Assembly (NCBI GenBank): GCA_964016885.1
Contig: OZ024743.1
Location: 49,042,001-49,106,000, forward strand
Direction of reading: 5' to 3'
Source: Eledone cirrhosa
Lineage: Eukaryota
Length of the DNA: 64,000 nt
In this document: positions 35,940 to 49,806 of the stretch, piece by piece
How positions within the stretch are numbered: the stretch's first letter is position 1
Layout: each line of letters begins with the position of its first letter
Translations under genes and position numbers: made by a program
Notes under the pieces: model-generated
The model's input: only the letters and a program-made list of their open reading frames with translations
Database searches by the model: none
Told to the model about the DNA's origin: nothing

Positions 35940-37670
35940 TAACTGTTACAAGGGTAAAGGAGATGCCCTAGATAGGTGTAACTATAGAGGCATTAAATTA
36001 ATCGACCAGGTCATGAAGGTTACGGAAAAAGTAATAGCGCAACTAATCAGAGAAAGAATTGATCTAGATGAAATGCAGTTCGGGTTTGTGTCAGGCAAAA
36101 GTACCACAGGCGCTCTTTTCATTGTACGACAACTACAGGAGAAGTACCTAGCTAAAAGTAAACCCCTATACTTAGCTTTTGTTGACTTGGAGAAAGCCTT
36201 CGACAGAGTACTCCGTTCCATTATCTGGTGGGCTCTTAGAAAACTAGGTGTTGACGAATGGCTTGTGAGAGCTATACAAGCCATGTATAAAGAAACAGTC
36301 AGCAAGGTTAGAATTAACAACGAATATAGTGAAGAGTTTAGCGTAAAAGTTGGTGTCCATCAGGGCTCTGTTCTTAGCCCCCTACTATTTATTATTGCCC
36401 TTCAGGCTATAACAGAGGAGTTCAAGACCGGCTGCCCATGGGAACTCCTATACGCAGATGATCTAACGCTCATAGCTGAATCAATGACCGAGCTAGAGAA
36501 GAAATTCCAAACATGGAAGCACGGCCTAGAATCAAAAGGCCTTAAAATTAACCTGGCTAAGACTAAAGTTCTAGTTTGTAGGAAAGAAAATAAGGCAAAG
36601 TATGGGTGCATAAAAGATGTAGTGGGATCACAGGTAAGCTAACTAAGAACATAGATTTTACATGTGGCCGGTGCTCTGGTGCAATAAGTAGCAACAAGTG
36701 CCCACAAAATACTAGCTCTTTCAATTGCGCAGAGGGTTCTATAGAAATAGTGGACAGCTTCCGTTACCTGGGTGACAAAATCAGCAGTGGGGGGGGGGGT
36801 GCTCTGAAAGTACAGTAGCTAGAGTCAGAAATGAATGGAAAAAGTTCACAGAGCTTATACCACTATTAGCCGCTAAAGGGTTCTCCCTAAAAATGAAAGG
36901 CAGGTTATATGATGCTTGCATACGAACAGCAATGCTGCATGGCAGTGAGACCTGGGCATTGTGTGCAGAGGATATACGCAGACTAGAGAGGAACGAAGCT
37001 TGCATGCTCCGCTGGATGTGTAATAGTAATATACGTGAACGGCTAAGCATAAACGAACTAAGGAAAAAATTAGAAATAAGAGGGATCAGATGTTGGTATG
37101 GTCACGTGATGCGCATGAAAGACGACAGCTGTATAACAAAGTGCAGGGCAATAAAGATAGACGGTAGCCACGGAGTAGGCAGACCCAGAAAAACCTGGGA
37201 TGACATGATAAATTCCGACCTCACACGCTTACAGCTCTCCAAGACAATGTCACTGGACCGAGACCTTTGGCGGTACTCAGTAATAGAGAAGACCCGGCTT
37301 AGCTAAATACATAGTAAAACCTACTATAGTCAGTAGGCATCTCTAACCCCCCCCCCCCATCCACACCGCCCCTTTCAATGTAAAGTTATGTTGGTGCCGC
37401 GCCATCCAGGCCGAAACAAATGAGATCGTGTAGGTGTCACGACAAAAAAACACACAGTCCACGCTGTAATGTGGCCGTGTAGGCAACACGGTAAAAACCT
37501 CCCAGACCCACACTGTAAATGTGGTTGGTGTTAGGAAGGGCATCCAACTGTAGAAAACCTGCCAGACAGTCCTATGCGAGTAAGACAATCACTCTTGCCT
37601 CAAGTGGGACTACCCCCGTCCAAACCCATGCAAGCGTGGAACACGGACGTTAAACGTTGATGATGATGAT
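35940..37670 (+). mobile_element. RTE family A, 5'-truncated with internal deletions
   Basis: RT ORF 35899-36642 (YADD), C-terminal ...IEKTRLS*, full 3'UTR and (ATG)n tail. Confidence 0.93.
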
Positions 37671-37727
37671 ACATATATATATACACATATATATATATAT
37701 ATATACACACATATATATATATATATA

Positions 37728-38568
37728 CAGCTGTGCTGAGACAGCAAGCAGCAAACAGCCAGAGGAAACAAGTACCACCAATCTCTGGGAGGGCCCTGTA
37801 GAAACAGTAGGCAGCTTCTGCTACCTAGGTGACCGAATTAGCAGCGGAGGTGGGTGTTCAGAAAGTACAATAACTAGGGTAAGAACGGGATGGAAGAAGT
37901 TTAGGGAACTACTACCACTGCTAGCTGCAAAAGGCTTCTCCCTCAGAATGAAAGGCAGACTGTAAGATGCGTGTATCCGAACAGCGATGTTGCATGGTAG
38001 TGAGACCTGGGCGCTGAAGGTGGAAGACTTACGTAGATTAGAGAGAAACGAAGCCTGCATGCTCCGATGGATGTGTAACAGTAATATACGTGAACGACAA
38101 AGCATAAATGAATTGAGAGAGAGACTGACCATAAGAGTAATCAAATGCTGTGTGCAGGAGAGGCGGTTGCGCTGGTATGGACATGTGATGCGTATGAAGG
38201 ATGACAGCTGCATAAAAAGGTGCAGAGCACTAGAAGTTGATGGAAACCGCGGAGTGGGGAGACCCAAGATGACCTGGGATGAGGTGATAAAAGCCGACCT
38301 TACCCAATTACACCTCTCAAAGACAATGACACACGACCGTGACTTCTGGCGTCACGCAGTAATACAGAGTACCTGACCTCCCATGGGTACAAGCTGAAGC
38401 ATATAAACAATATGCCCCCACACCCCCCACCGCTGTAGAAATCAAGCCAGATCAGTTCCTGTATGAGCAAGGCATGGTCAGCCGACCAGACACTGCCCAC
38501 AACAGGACAACCCGTCTAACCCATGCTAGCGTGGAAGAACGGACGTAAAACGATGATGATGATGATGA
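37728..38568 (+). mobile_element. RTE family B 3' fragment
   Basis: [19 protein letters not shown], ...RHAVIQST; tail GGACGTAAAAC(GAT)n. Confidence 0.9.
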
Positions 38569-38663
38569 TATATCCAGAGGGTGTAACTAGGAGTTACTGC
38601 AAGTTCACCCGGGAGAGCACTCAATGTTTAGGTTCACTTCTGTGATGAGGTGTAGAGCTATAC

Positions 38664-38710
<47 letters not shown>

Positions 38711-38817
38711 CATACATACATATATATATACATATATATATATACATATATATATACATATATATATGTATACAGATATATATGTATATATATATATATA
38801 TGTGTGTGTATATATAT

Positions 38818-39070
38818 CTCAAAAGTGACACAGAGAAGACTGAGGTTGGCTGGACATGCTCACCAACATCCAGAGTTGACATTGCACTCAGTGCTCCTTT
38901 GGGAGCCCCTACATGGACACACTGGAAGAGGAAGACCAAGGTTAACATATGTTGATGCCCTAAGGACAGACACTCGTCTGTTGGAGATGCAGGATATGGC
39001 AGCGATAATGAGGGACAGAGACCGCTGGAGAGAACTCGTCCATGGATCTCGGGAATTTTACCCGCCTTAG
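38818..39070 (+). mobile_element. RTE-like family D 3' fragment
   Basis: RRLRLAGH...[23 protein letters not shown]; related copy at 59723-59968. Confidence 0.8.
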
Positions 39071-39109
39071 ATAGATAGATATGTATATATATGTGTATAT
39101 ATATATGTA

Positions 39110-39443
39110 TGGAGGCACATGGCTTAGTGGTTAGAGCATTGGCCTTGCAATCAAAAGGTTGTGAGTTCAATTCTCAGACCGGGTGATGTGTTGTTTCCTT
39201 GAGTAAGACACTTTATTCCACATTGCTCCAGTTTACTCAGCTGTAGAAATGAGATGATAGGAACTGGGGTCCATATCACTCCACTGCAAAGTGGTCGTGG
39301 AGGTGCCACGGAAAAAAGCACCCAGCACTCACTGTAAATGAGGTTGGTGTTAGGAAGGGCATCCAGCTGTAGAAATCAAGCCAGAATCAGTTCCCGTCCC
39401 ACCATTGTAAACAGGGAAAAAGCAGACGTAAAATGAAATGATG
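39110..39443 (+). mobile_element. CORE-type SINE A
   Basis: Full copy GGAGGCACATGGCTTAGTGGTTAGAGC...GACGTAAAATGA. Confidence 0.9.
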
Positions 39444-39472
39444 ATATGTGTGTGTGTATATATATATATATA

Positions 39473-40140
39473 CCATATACCTCCGGTTGGTGCGAGCAAC
39501 GGCTAAAAAAAGTCGTTGGGACACGTAAATAAAGGGGACAAAATGGTGAGGCAACAGAAAGTGAGGAAGAAGGAGACAAGTCCCAGATTTCTATGAATTT
39601 AAGTTCGGTGAAATCGTGTTAGCCTCTTCCTCACCTCACCCTTCACTCACTCATTCTCTGTCACTACCTCTCCTCCTCTTCTTTCTTCCCGTTTGACCTG
39701 TGAGTAATTCTTTTCTCTCACATTCTCGGCCAAGCTGGTCGGAATTTTTTTCTCTCTCGTCTACGATTTCACAGAACTTGTGTTTACCGAATTCGCAGAC
39801 CAGACCCCTTCTTCCTCCCGTTAGAAATTCCTTCCTTGCTCACATTTCAACCAGGTTTGATGGTCTTTATTCTCTCGTTCACGATTTCACCGAACTTAAA
39901 TTCATAGAAATCTGGGACTTGTCTCCTTCTTCCTCACTTTCTGTTGCCTCACCATTTTGTTTGTTTACCCTCATGTCCCCTTTATTTACGTGTCCCAACG
40001 ACGTTTTTTAGCCGTTGCTCGCACCAACCGGAGGTATATGGTCTTTAAAGCGATGAAATGCCTATGATAGTCGGAAGATCACTGATGAAGGACAAACTTT
40101 TTTCATATGTAACCCATTTGCAACTCCGCAGCGCCCTTAT
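39473..40140. repeat. Unclassified element with ~150-bp inverted duplication, flanked by (TA)n
   Basis: 39473-39618 is the reverse complement of 39880-40042 apart from a short indel. Confidence 0.75.
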
Positions 40141-40285
40141 TATCATATATATATATATATTTATATGTATATATATATGTGTGTATATATATATATGTAT
40201 ATATATATCTGCATATATATATATATGTATATGTATATATATATATGTATATATATATGTAAATATGTATATGTATATATATATG

Positions 40286-40359
<74 letters not shown>

Positions 40360-40360
<1 letters not shown>

Positions 40361-40698
40361 CATCATCATTTCATTTTACGTCCGCTTTTCCCTGCTTGCA
40401 AGGGTGGGACGGGAACTGATTCTGGCTTGATTTCTACAGCTGGATGCCCTTCCTAACACCAACCTCATTTACAGTGAGTACTGGGTGCTTTTTTGACGTG
40501 GCACCTCCACGACCACTTTGCAGTGGAATGATATGGACCCCAGTCCCTATCATTTCATTTCTACAGCTGAGTAAACTGGAGCAATGTGAAATAAAGTGTC
40601 TTGCTCAAAGAAACAACACATCACCCGGTCTGAGGGTTGAACTCACAACCTTTCGATTGCAAGCCCAATGCTCTAACCACTAAGCCATGTGCCTCCAT
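40360..40698 (-). mobile_element. CORE-type SINE A
   Basis: Full reverse-complement copy between (TA)n tracts. Confidence 0.9.
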
Positions 40699-40701
40699 AT
40701 G

Positions 40702-40734
<33 letters not shown>

Positions 40735-40757
40735 GTATATATGTATATATATATATG

Positions 40758-40788
<31 letters not shown>

Positions 40789-40853
40789 GTATATATATAT
40801 ATGTATATATATATATGTGTATATATATATATGTGTGTATATATATATATGTG

Positions 40854-40934
<81 letters not shown>

Positions 40935-40959
40935 GTATACATATATGTATATATATATG

Positions 40960-41010
<51 letters not shown>

Positions 41011-41035
41011 GTATACATATATGTATATATATATG

Positions 41036-41086
<51 letters not shown>

Positions 41087-41185
41087 GTATACATATATAT
41101 ATATATATATGTATACATATATGTATATATATATGTATATATATATGTGTATATATATATGTATATATATATATGTATATATATA
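40698..41185. repeat. (TA)n/(TATG) microsatellite; similar tracts at 38660-38817, 40145-40359, 42269-42408, 42855-43575, 44566-44710, 46267-46655
   Basis: Pure TA dinucleotide runs interrupted by TG or CA. Confidence 0.97.
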
Positions 41186-42268
41186 TGCTCCGATGGATGT
41201 GTAATAGTAATATACACGAATGACAAAGCATAAATGAATTGAGAGAGAGAGACTGAGCATAAGAGGAATCAAATGCTGTGTGCAGGAGAGGCAGTTGCGT
41301 TGGTATGGACATGTGATGCATATGAAGGATGACAGCTGCATAAAAAGGTGCAGAGCACTAGAAGTCAATGGAAACCGCGAATTGGGGAGACCCAAGAAGA
41401 CTTGGGATGAGGTGATAAAAGCCGACCTTACCCAATTACACCTCTCAAAGGCGATGACACACGACCGTGACCTCTGGCGTCACACAGTAATACAGAGTAC
41501 CCGACCTCCCATGGGTACAAGCTGAAGCATATAGACAATATGCCCCACACCCTCCCACTGCAAGGTGGTCGTGGAGGTGCCACGGCAAAAAAGCACCCAG
41601 CCCACACTGTAAAGTGGACGTGTAGGGGCCACGGAAAAAGCACCCAGCACTCACTGTAAATGAGGTTAGTGTTAGGAAGGGCATCCAGCTGTAGAAATCA
41701 AGCCAAAATCAGTCCCTGTCTGAGCAAGGCATGGTCAGCCGACCAGACACTGCCCACAACAGGACAACCCGTCTAAGCCATGCTAGCATGGAAGAACGGA
41801 CGTAAAACTTACACCTCTCCAAGACAATGTCACTGGACCGAGATCTTTGGCGCTACACAGTAATAGAGAAGACCCGCCTTACCTAAGTACAAAGTGAAAC
41901 CTACTACAGTCAGTAGGCACCTCTAACAAAATACACCCCCGTCCCACTACCCCCACCCCATCCACACCACCCCTTTCAATGTAAAGTTATGTTGGTACCA
42001 CAACATCCAGCCTGAAACAAATGAGGTCATGTAAGTGCCACGACAAGAAAACACACAGTCCACGCTGTAATGTGGCTGTGTAGGTAACACAGTAAAAACC
42101 TCCCAGTTCCACACTGTAAATGTGGTTGGTGTTAGGAAGGGCATCCAGCCGTAGAAAACCCGCCAGACAGTCCTATGCGAGCAAGACAACCACTCTTGCC
42201 TCAAGTGGGAAAACTCCCGTCCAAACCCATGCAAGCATGGAATATGGACGTTAAACGATGATGATGAT
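41186..42268 (+). mobile_element. RTE family B 3' end (41186-41807) abutting RTE family A 3' end (41808-42268)
   Basis: ...QSTRPPMGTS* plus B 3'UTR, joined directly to ...EKTRLT* plus A 3'UTR. Confidence 0.88.
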
Positions 42269-42633
42269 GTATATATATGTATATATATATATGTATATAT
42301 ATTTGTATATATATATATATGTATATATATGTATATATATATATATGTATATATATGAATATATATATATATATGTATATATATGTATATATATATATGT
42401 ATATATATAAACTAATATATATGATGAAACACAGATACCAACACATCTGTATATATATTGCAAAAGAGAATTTAGCCAGATTGAAGTATACTAATTATTA
42501 TACTACAGTTTGTCCATATCGATTTAAAATAATAAATCCACAAAGACGAACTGCATTGCCAAAAGGCTATGATGTTTAGACACATTTAAATTTCAAAATC
42601 AAACCTGTTCCGTAGATAAGTTTAAACTTTAAA

Positions 42634-42695
42634 ATCCAAATATGTTTCGAGATAAATAAGTGTAGGAATATCATGTCCTGCTCTCCTCAGTAAAC
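42634..42695 (-). ncRNA. Decayed hammerhead-like motif
   Basis: gttta-CTGAGGA-gag...ctc-GAAA-cata-TT-tggat; core intact, stems I and III weak. Confidence 0.4.
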
Positions 42696-42891
42696 ATCCA
42701 GGGACAAATTGATATGCTTCACTTCTAAATAATTTAAAAGACTGTGTGACGCACATGGTTTAACAGTTTCTAGCTAGTCTCATAACCGTACTGCTAGAAA
42801 TAACAGTCGTATATATGAGGCGGCTTTCAGCTCAGACTAGGAGCAGTTATATTAATATATATATATGTTTATATATGTATATATATATATG

Positions 42892-42937
<46 letters not shown>

Positions 42938-42955
42938 CATATATATATATATATG

Positions 42956-42992
<37 letters not shown>

Positions 42993-43143
42993 GTATATAT
43001 ATATATATGTGTATATATATATATATGTGTATATATATATGTATATATATGTGTATATATATATATATGTATATATATATATGTATATATATGTGTATAT
43101 ATATATATGTATATATGTATATATATGTATATATATATATGTG

Positions 43144-43203
<60 letters not shown>

Positions 43204-43251
43204 TATATATATATGTATATGTGTATATATATGTGTATATATATATATGTG

Positions 43252-43298
<47 letters not shown>

Positions 43299-43338
43299 AT
43301 ATATATATATGTACATATGTATATATATGTATATATAT

Positions 43339-43370
<32 letters not shown>

Positions 43371-43433
43371 GTGTATATATATATATGTATATGTGTATAT
43401 GTATATGTGTATATATATATATATGTATATGTG

Positions 43434-43464
<31 letters not shown>

Positions 43465-43503
43465 GTATATGTGTATATATATATATATGTATATATATAT
43501 ATG

Positions 43504-43578
<75 letters not shown>

Positions 43579-43647
43579 TATGAAGAGAGAAGAAACATTT
43601 AGATATAATTAGTAATAAAATGTATCATACCTAAACTGTTCCTAAAT

Positions 43648-43735
43648 TCCTCGACTACGTAGTTTCGTGGCATAAACAAAAACAATATATCAAAGATATA
43701 GAGTCCTTGCGAGGTCTGCCGACTTATCAAGAGGA
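43648..43735 (-). ncRNA. Type-I hammerhead ribozyme, U3-A8 covariant core
   Basis: tcctc-TTGATAA-gt(c)ggca...tgccac-GAAA-ctacgtag-TC-gagga; stem I 5 bp, stem II 6 bp, palindromic stem III ACTACGTAGT, GUC triplet. Confidence 0.75.
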
Positions 43736-44121
43736 TACCTCATTTTACTAGTCTCAAGAACGCGTCTACACGACGTGAGAAAGAATCCCAAAAGGCGGAG
43801 GGGGAGATAGTCACGCGATATAACGGTCGAGAAACAGAGCTAAGCCTCCTATAACCACGAAGAAAATACCACGGAGGCGGAGGGGGTATTCATATCGAGG
43901 CCGTAGAAGAGGTAGTGAAGAAGGCGAGAAGTATGAGTAGTGGAAGCTTTCCAGTTGTCCCCACACTTCAAAGATTGCTCGACCAGAGGGAGTTATTAAT
44001 ATATTTGGAAACACACAGATACATGCGGACACACACATATATATATATACATGAATGCATCCGCACCCAACTGTGAGTTAAGGGTGCCAACTTCACCGAT
44101 GTTATATATATATATGTATAT

Positions 44122-44545
44122 CATCATCATCATCATCATCATCAACGTTTAACGTCCGTGTTCCACGCTTGCATGGGTTTGGACGGGGGTAGTGCCACTT
44201 GAGGCAAGAGTGACTGTCTTGCTCGCATAGGACTGTCTGGCAGGTTTTCTACAGTTGGATGCCCTTCCTAACACCAACCTCATTTACAGTGTGGGTCTGG
44301 GAGGTTTTTACCGTGTTGCCTACACGGCCACATTACAGCGTGGACTGTGCGTTTTTTTGTCGTGACACCTACACGATCTCAATTGTTTTGACCTGGATGG
44401 CGCGGCACCAACATAACTTTACATAGAACGGGGTGGTGTGGATGGGGTGGGGGTGGTGGGACGGGGGTGTATTTTGTTAGAGATGCCTACTGGCTGGAGT
44501 AGGTTTTACTATATATTTAGGTAAGGCGGATCTTCTCTGTTACTG
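44122..44545 (-). mobile_element. RTE family A 3' end
   Basis: Reverse complement of 48670-49112. Confidence 0.9.
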
Positions 44546-44565
44546 AGTACCGCCAAAGGCCTCGG

Positions 44566-44642
<77 letters not shown>

Positions 44643-45527
44643 GTATATATATATATGTGTGTATATATATATATGTATGTATATATATATATATATGTAT
44701 ATATATATGTAATATATTAGAAAGATCGAGTATCGAAAAATCGGCGCACGAGTTCACGATAAACGAGATACGATATGAGCGGCAGAGGGCTCAATAATTC
44801 AGATGAATCAGAGCTATAACTATCGTTAAAGTACCGTCACATATAGAACAAGTCTACAATCAACCATACGATTTAAAATCGATAGAGGAAGATTCGGGAC
44901 AAACAGATAAAAAATATCAATAAAACAATACGTCAATAATTTAAATGAATGTAAAATCATACCCGGACCCACTAGACAGGTGTTAAATCTAGCTTCATGG
45001 GTTTCTGTAAATCCTTAGACTGTACTCTATCAGCTCACATATAAATATAAAAGCCTACTAGAGTAAGCGGAACGGAGGTTTACTTTCTCAACGAGTTTTT
45101 TCCTGGCGGCAGAGGAGCCAACTACCAGTGAAAAACGCACATGGCATTAGACAAGGGAGATGACCCCTATATCCGCGAAAACAATTCGAGTGAATGTGGA
45201 AATACACATATCGAATTAGAGTGCTCAATAGACATGTTAAAATAAAACAAAAGCTATTCATCACTCAATAGAATCGACAAAAAATGAGCAATAAAATTAA
45301 CTGAAGAACAAAAGATGGTTAAAAGAGTTCCATGTACCATTCTTATATATTATGTATACTCCAGTCCTACAAACTGTAGAGTGCTTCTTATCCGATATTT
45401 GCATTGCTTTACAATAAAACTCACCTCCTACATATATATGTATATATATATATATATTTATATATGTGTATATATATGTATATATATTTATATATATGTA
45501 TATATATTTATATATATGTATATGTAG

Positions 45528-45745
45528 TGACCTACATTCCGCGGGCTCACATACATTCTCTGTGCGTGATTTGGCTCAGCTCAGCCAATCAGCGCCAGTA
45601 GAGGAGGATGTATCCCTACGCGTCCTGAGGGGGAAATTACCCGCGAAGATTTGAAGAATCTCTCTCTCGCACCAGGGACTTTGAACCAGCAACACGTACA
45701 TGTGACGGTGAGATTTTGCACCTTAACCTGCCGACTTTCCGGCGC
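45528..45745 (-). mobile_element. Third tRNA-derived SINE-like element
   Basis: Minus strand GCGCCGGAAAGTCGGCAGGTTAAGG...GGTTCAAAGTCCCTGGTGC (A- and B-box-like), unique body, ends in (TA)n. Confidence 0.45.
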
Positions 45746-45836
45746 AATGACACATTCCCTTTTGTAACCTCATTTTTATGTGTAACTTTTTATGTGTAAC
45801 TTCAACAAGTTAACCAACATTATTTGTACTACAACA

Positions 45837-46028
45837 GGGCGGTGGATTGGCAGTATCGGTAGAGGGTCGGACGCCATGCTTTCCAGCATAGTTACGTCCC
45901 TTTACGATCTGAGTTCAAATCCCGCCGAGGTTGACTTTGCCTTTCATCCTTACGGGGTCGATAAAATAAAGTACCAGTAATACACTGGATAATTGCTGGC
46001 CTTGTGCCAAAAAGTAGAAACAATTATT
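45837..46028 (+). mobile_element. Meta-type SINE B with target-site duplication
   Basis: Full copy flanked by direct repeat ATTATTTGTACTACAACA (45819-45836 and 46023-46040). Confidence 0.92.
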
Positions 46029-46417
46029 TGTACTACAACAAAAATAAACATACATTTCATCGCTAATTTCTGCTGTTGAAATCGTTATTATGTTACTCGT
46101 GTCTCAATAACATTTAATTTACCATGCTGCTTATTTGGCGAACGGCTCTCGGTTAGTTCACTCACGAGTAAGTTTGTAAACTTTATTATATCTGTATCGA
46201 ATTTAATTAGTGGTTGGCCTGCAGTGGCGTTTACCAAAGTAAATAACCCTGTGACCAATTCCCTAAATATATATATATGTATATATATTTATATATATGT
46301 ATATATATGTATATATATATGTATATATATTTATATATATGTATATATATATGTATATATATATTTATATATATGTATATATATATGTATATATATGTAT
46401 ATATGTATATATATATG

Positions 46418-46450
<33 letters not shown>

Positions 46451-46469
46451 GTATATATGTATATATATA

Positions 46470-46502
<33 letters not shown>

Positions 46503-46519
46503 ATATGTATATATATATG

Positions 46520-46598
<79 letters not shown>

Positions 46599-46599
46599 G

Positions 46600-46655
<56 letters not shown>

Positions 46656-46658
<3 letters not shown>

Positions 46659-49112
46659 TGGTGGAACAGTAAGGTGGAGGGGTCAATTAAGGCCAAAAAG
46701 CAGGCTCGGAAAGTATGGCGGGATGGGGGAAGTAGAGAGGACTATCAAGTGGCCAGGAGGGAAGCTAGGAGACAAGTGTACTTAGCAAGAAGGGAAGCTG
46801 AGGAAAGAAAGTTCAAGCATGTTCTACAACGCGATGACCAAAAACGTGAGGTGTTCAGGATTGCTAGGCAATGCGTCAAGGAAAACCGTGATATTGTCGG
46901 GGAGAAGTGTGTACTAAACGACGATGGCACACTTGCCATCACCGACGCTGATAAGAAGGTAGCTTGGAAGTGTCACTATGAAAGGCTACTAAATGAGGAG
47001 AATAATTGGGAGAAAGGCAGTCTCCCCATATCGACCCAATAGAGGGACCAGCAGTGTTAGTCGAGGGGAGTATAATAAGTAAGGCAATCAAGGATATGAA
47101 GACGGGTAAGGCGGCTGGGCCTTCGGAAATAGTTGCTGAGATGCTGAAGGCATCTGGCACGGTGGGACACACTATGGTCACCCGCATAGTTAACCAAGTC
47201 GTACAGAATGGGGTTGTTCCGAAGGACTGGCATAGCAGCATCATCGTTAACTGTTATAAGGGTAAAGGAGACACCCTAGATAGGAGTAACTATAGAGGCA
47301 TTAAATTAATCGACCAGGTCATGAAGGTCACGGAAAAAGTAATAGCGCAACTAATCAGAGAGAGAATTGACCTAGATGAAATGCAGTTCGGGTTTGTGTC
47401 AGGCAAAAGTACCACAGACGCTCTTTTCATAGTACGACAACTACAGGAGAAGTACCTAGCTAAAGGTAAACCCCTCTACTTAGCTTTTGTCGACTTGGAG
47501 AAAGCCTTCGACAGAGTCCCCCGCTCCATTATCTGGTGGGCTCTTAGAAAACTAGGCGTTGACGAATGGCTTGTGAGGGCTATACAAGCCATGTATAAAG
47601 AAACAGTCAGCAAGGTTAGAATTAACAACGAATATAGTGAAGAGTTTAGCGTAAAAGTTGGCGTCCATCAGGGCTCTGTTCTCAGCCCACTACTATTTAT
47701 TATTGCCCTTCAGGCTATAACAGAGGAGTTCAAGACAGGCTGCCCATGGGAACTCCTATACGCAGACGACCTGACACTCATAGCGGAATCAATGGCCGAG
47801 CTAGAGAAGAAATTCCAAACATGGAAGCACGGCCTAGAGTCAAAAGGACTTAAAATTAACCTGGCTAAGACCAAAGTACTAGTTTGTAGGAAAGAAAACA
47901 AGGCGGCGGTCCCTTCTGGGAAATGGTCGTGCTCGGTGTGTAGGAAAGGCGTAGGTAGAAACTCCATTTTATGTCCTAAATGCAAAGTATGGGTGCATAA
48001 AAGATGTAGTGGGATCACAGGTAAGCTAACTAAGAACATAGATTTTACATGTGGCCGGTGCTCTGGTGCAATAAGTAGCAGCAAGTGCCCACAAACTACT
48101 AGCTCTTTCAATTGCGCAGAGCGTTCTATAGAAATAGTGGACAGCTTCCGTTACCTGGGCGATAAAATCAGCAGTGGGGGAGGGTGCTCTGAAAGTACTG
48201 TAGCTAGAGTCAGAACTGGTTGGAAAAAGTTCAGAGAGCTTATACCACTATTAGCTGCTAAAGGGTTCTCACTAAAAATGAAAGGCAGGTTGTACGATGC
48301 CTGCATACGAACAGCAATGCTGCATGGCAGTGAGACCTGGGCATTGTGTGCAGAGGATATACGCAGACTAGAGAGGAACGAAGCTTGCATGCTCCGCTGG
48401 ATGTGTAACAGTAATATACGTGAACGGCAAAGCATAAACGAACTAAGGAAAAAATTAGAGATAAGAGGGATCAGATGTTGTTTACTCGAGAGAAGGCCAC
48501 GTTGGTATGGACACGTGATGCGCATGAAAGTCGATAGCTGTATAACAAAGTGCAGGGCAATAAAGATAGACGGTAGTCACGGAATAGGCAGACCTAGAAA
48601 AACCTGGGACGAGCTGATAAACTCCGACATCACACACTTACACCTCTCCAAGACAATGTCACTGGACCGAGACCTTTGGCGGTACTCAGTAACAGAGAAG
48701 ACCCGCCTTACCTAAATATATAGTAAAACCTACTCCAGCCAGTAGGCATCTCTAACAAAATACACCCCGTCCCACCACCACCACCCCCACCCGATCCACA
48801 CCACCCCGTTCTATGTAAAGTTATGTTGGTGCCGCGCCATCGAGGCCGAAACAAATGAGATCGTGTAGGTGTCACGACAAAAAAACACACAGTCCACGCT
48901 GTAATGTGGCCGTGTAGGCAACACGGTAAAAACCTCCCAGACCCACACTGTAAATGTGGTTGGTGTTAGGAAGGGCATCCAACTGTAGAAAACCTGCCAG
49001 ACAGTCCTATGCGAGCAAGACAATCACTCTTGCCTCAAGTGGGACTACCCCCGTCCAAACCCATGCAAGCGTGGAACACGGACGTTAAACGTTGATGATG
49101 ATGATGATGATG
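46656..49112 (+). mobile_element. Young RTE family A LINE, 5'-truncated, RT domain open
   Basis: 569-aa ORF 47006-48715 with NYRGIKL, DLEKAFD, HQGSVLSP, YADD, a PHD-like CxxC...CxxC..WVHxxC...CxxC module, FRYLGD; complete 3'UTR and (GAT)n tail. Confidence 0.95.
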
Positions 49113-49193
49113 ATATATATATAATGAAGGTTTAGCAAATAAGGAAAAAGTTTCAAAATAAATTTTAAAAAATTAACTTTACTTACTATAGTT

Positions 49194-49272
49194 ACCTTTA
49201 CCGAATCGGTTTCGAATCTCAAAAATAAGTCCATACGGCCTTCGTTGCAAAGAAAGATTCTCGTCAGAAGGT
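49194..49272 (-). ncRNA. Canonical type-I hammerhead ribozyme
   Basis: acctt-CTGACGA-gaatct...agattc-GAAA-ccg att cgg-TA-aaggt; all core bases canonical, stems of 5/6/4 bp, GUA triplet. Confidence 0.85.
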
Positions 49273-49806
49273 TCTTTCCATTCAAAGAATATAAAATTCT
49301 TGAATTTAAATTACGAACTAGCGCTATCCAAAACTGTTCCCGAGATGAGAGTAAATGAAGTGGAATCAATTTTTTCAAGGGCCGAGTGCAAAGATAGAGG
49401 CAGAGGCAAGGAGGTCAGTCGGCTACCGCTATAACTAGCAGCAGTCAGAACGACCAAGTTTTTTCTCAACATAGAGGAGAATAGTAATAATAGAATATGT
49501 GTTCCTACACGCACAAGGCGCTAAGGGACAGATGTATTGTCCAACCATATGCCAATGTGGTTCAATGGCAGGTTAATAAATTAACGAGCCAGAACATATA
49601 TATATATAGTAATATACTCGTTCAGCCCATCGGTAGGGGTTCTCCTACAAGGATATAAAGTAGTGGCCGTACTCGAAAACGAGTTGGCAGCCACCATATA
49701 TAGTAATAATAATAAATTTGAAGACTAAAATCCAAAGAGGGCTCGATAAGGATAAATATATATCAAATATATAAGAACCGTAGAGCAAATATTTATTAAA
49801 ATAACA

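Noticed and set aside
40078-40135. CTGATGA as a hammerhead core
   Set aside because: No GAAA or NUH with compatible stems downstream.
40058-46785. Long Tyr/Ile-rich ORFs (up to 272 aa)
   Set aside because: Translations of (TA)n/(TATG) microsatellites, which lack stop codons in several frames.
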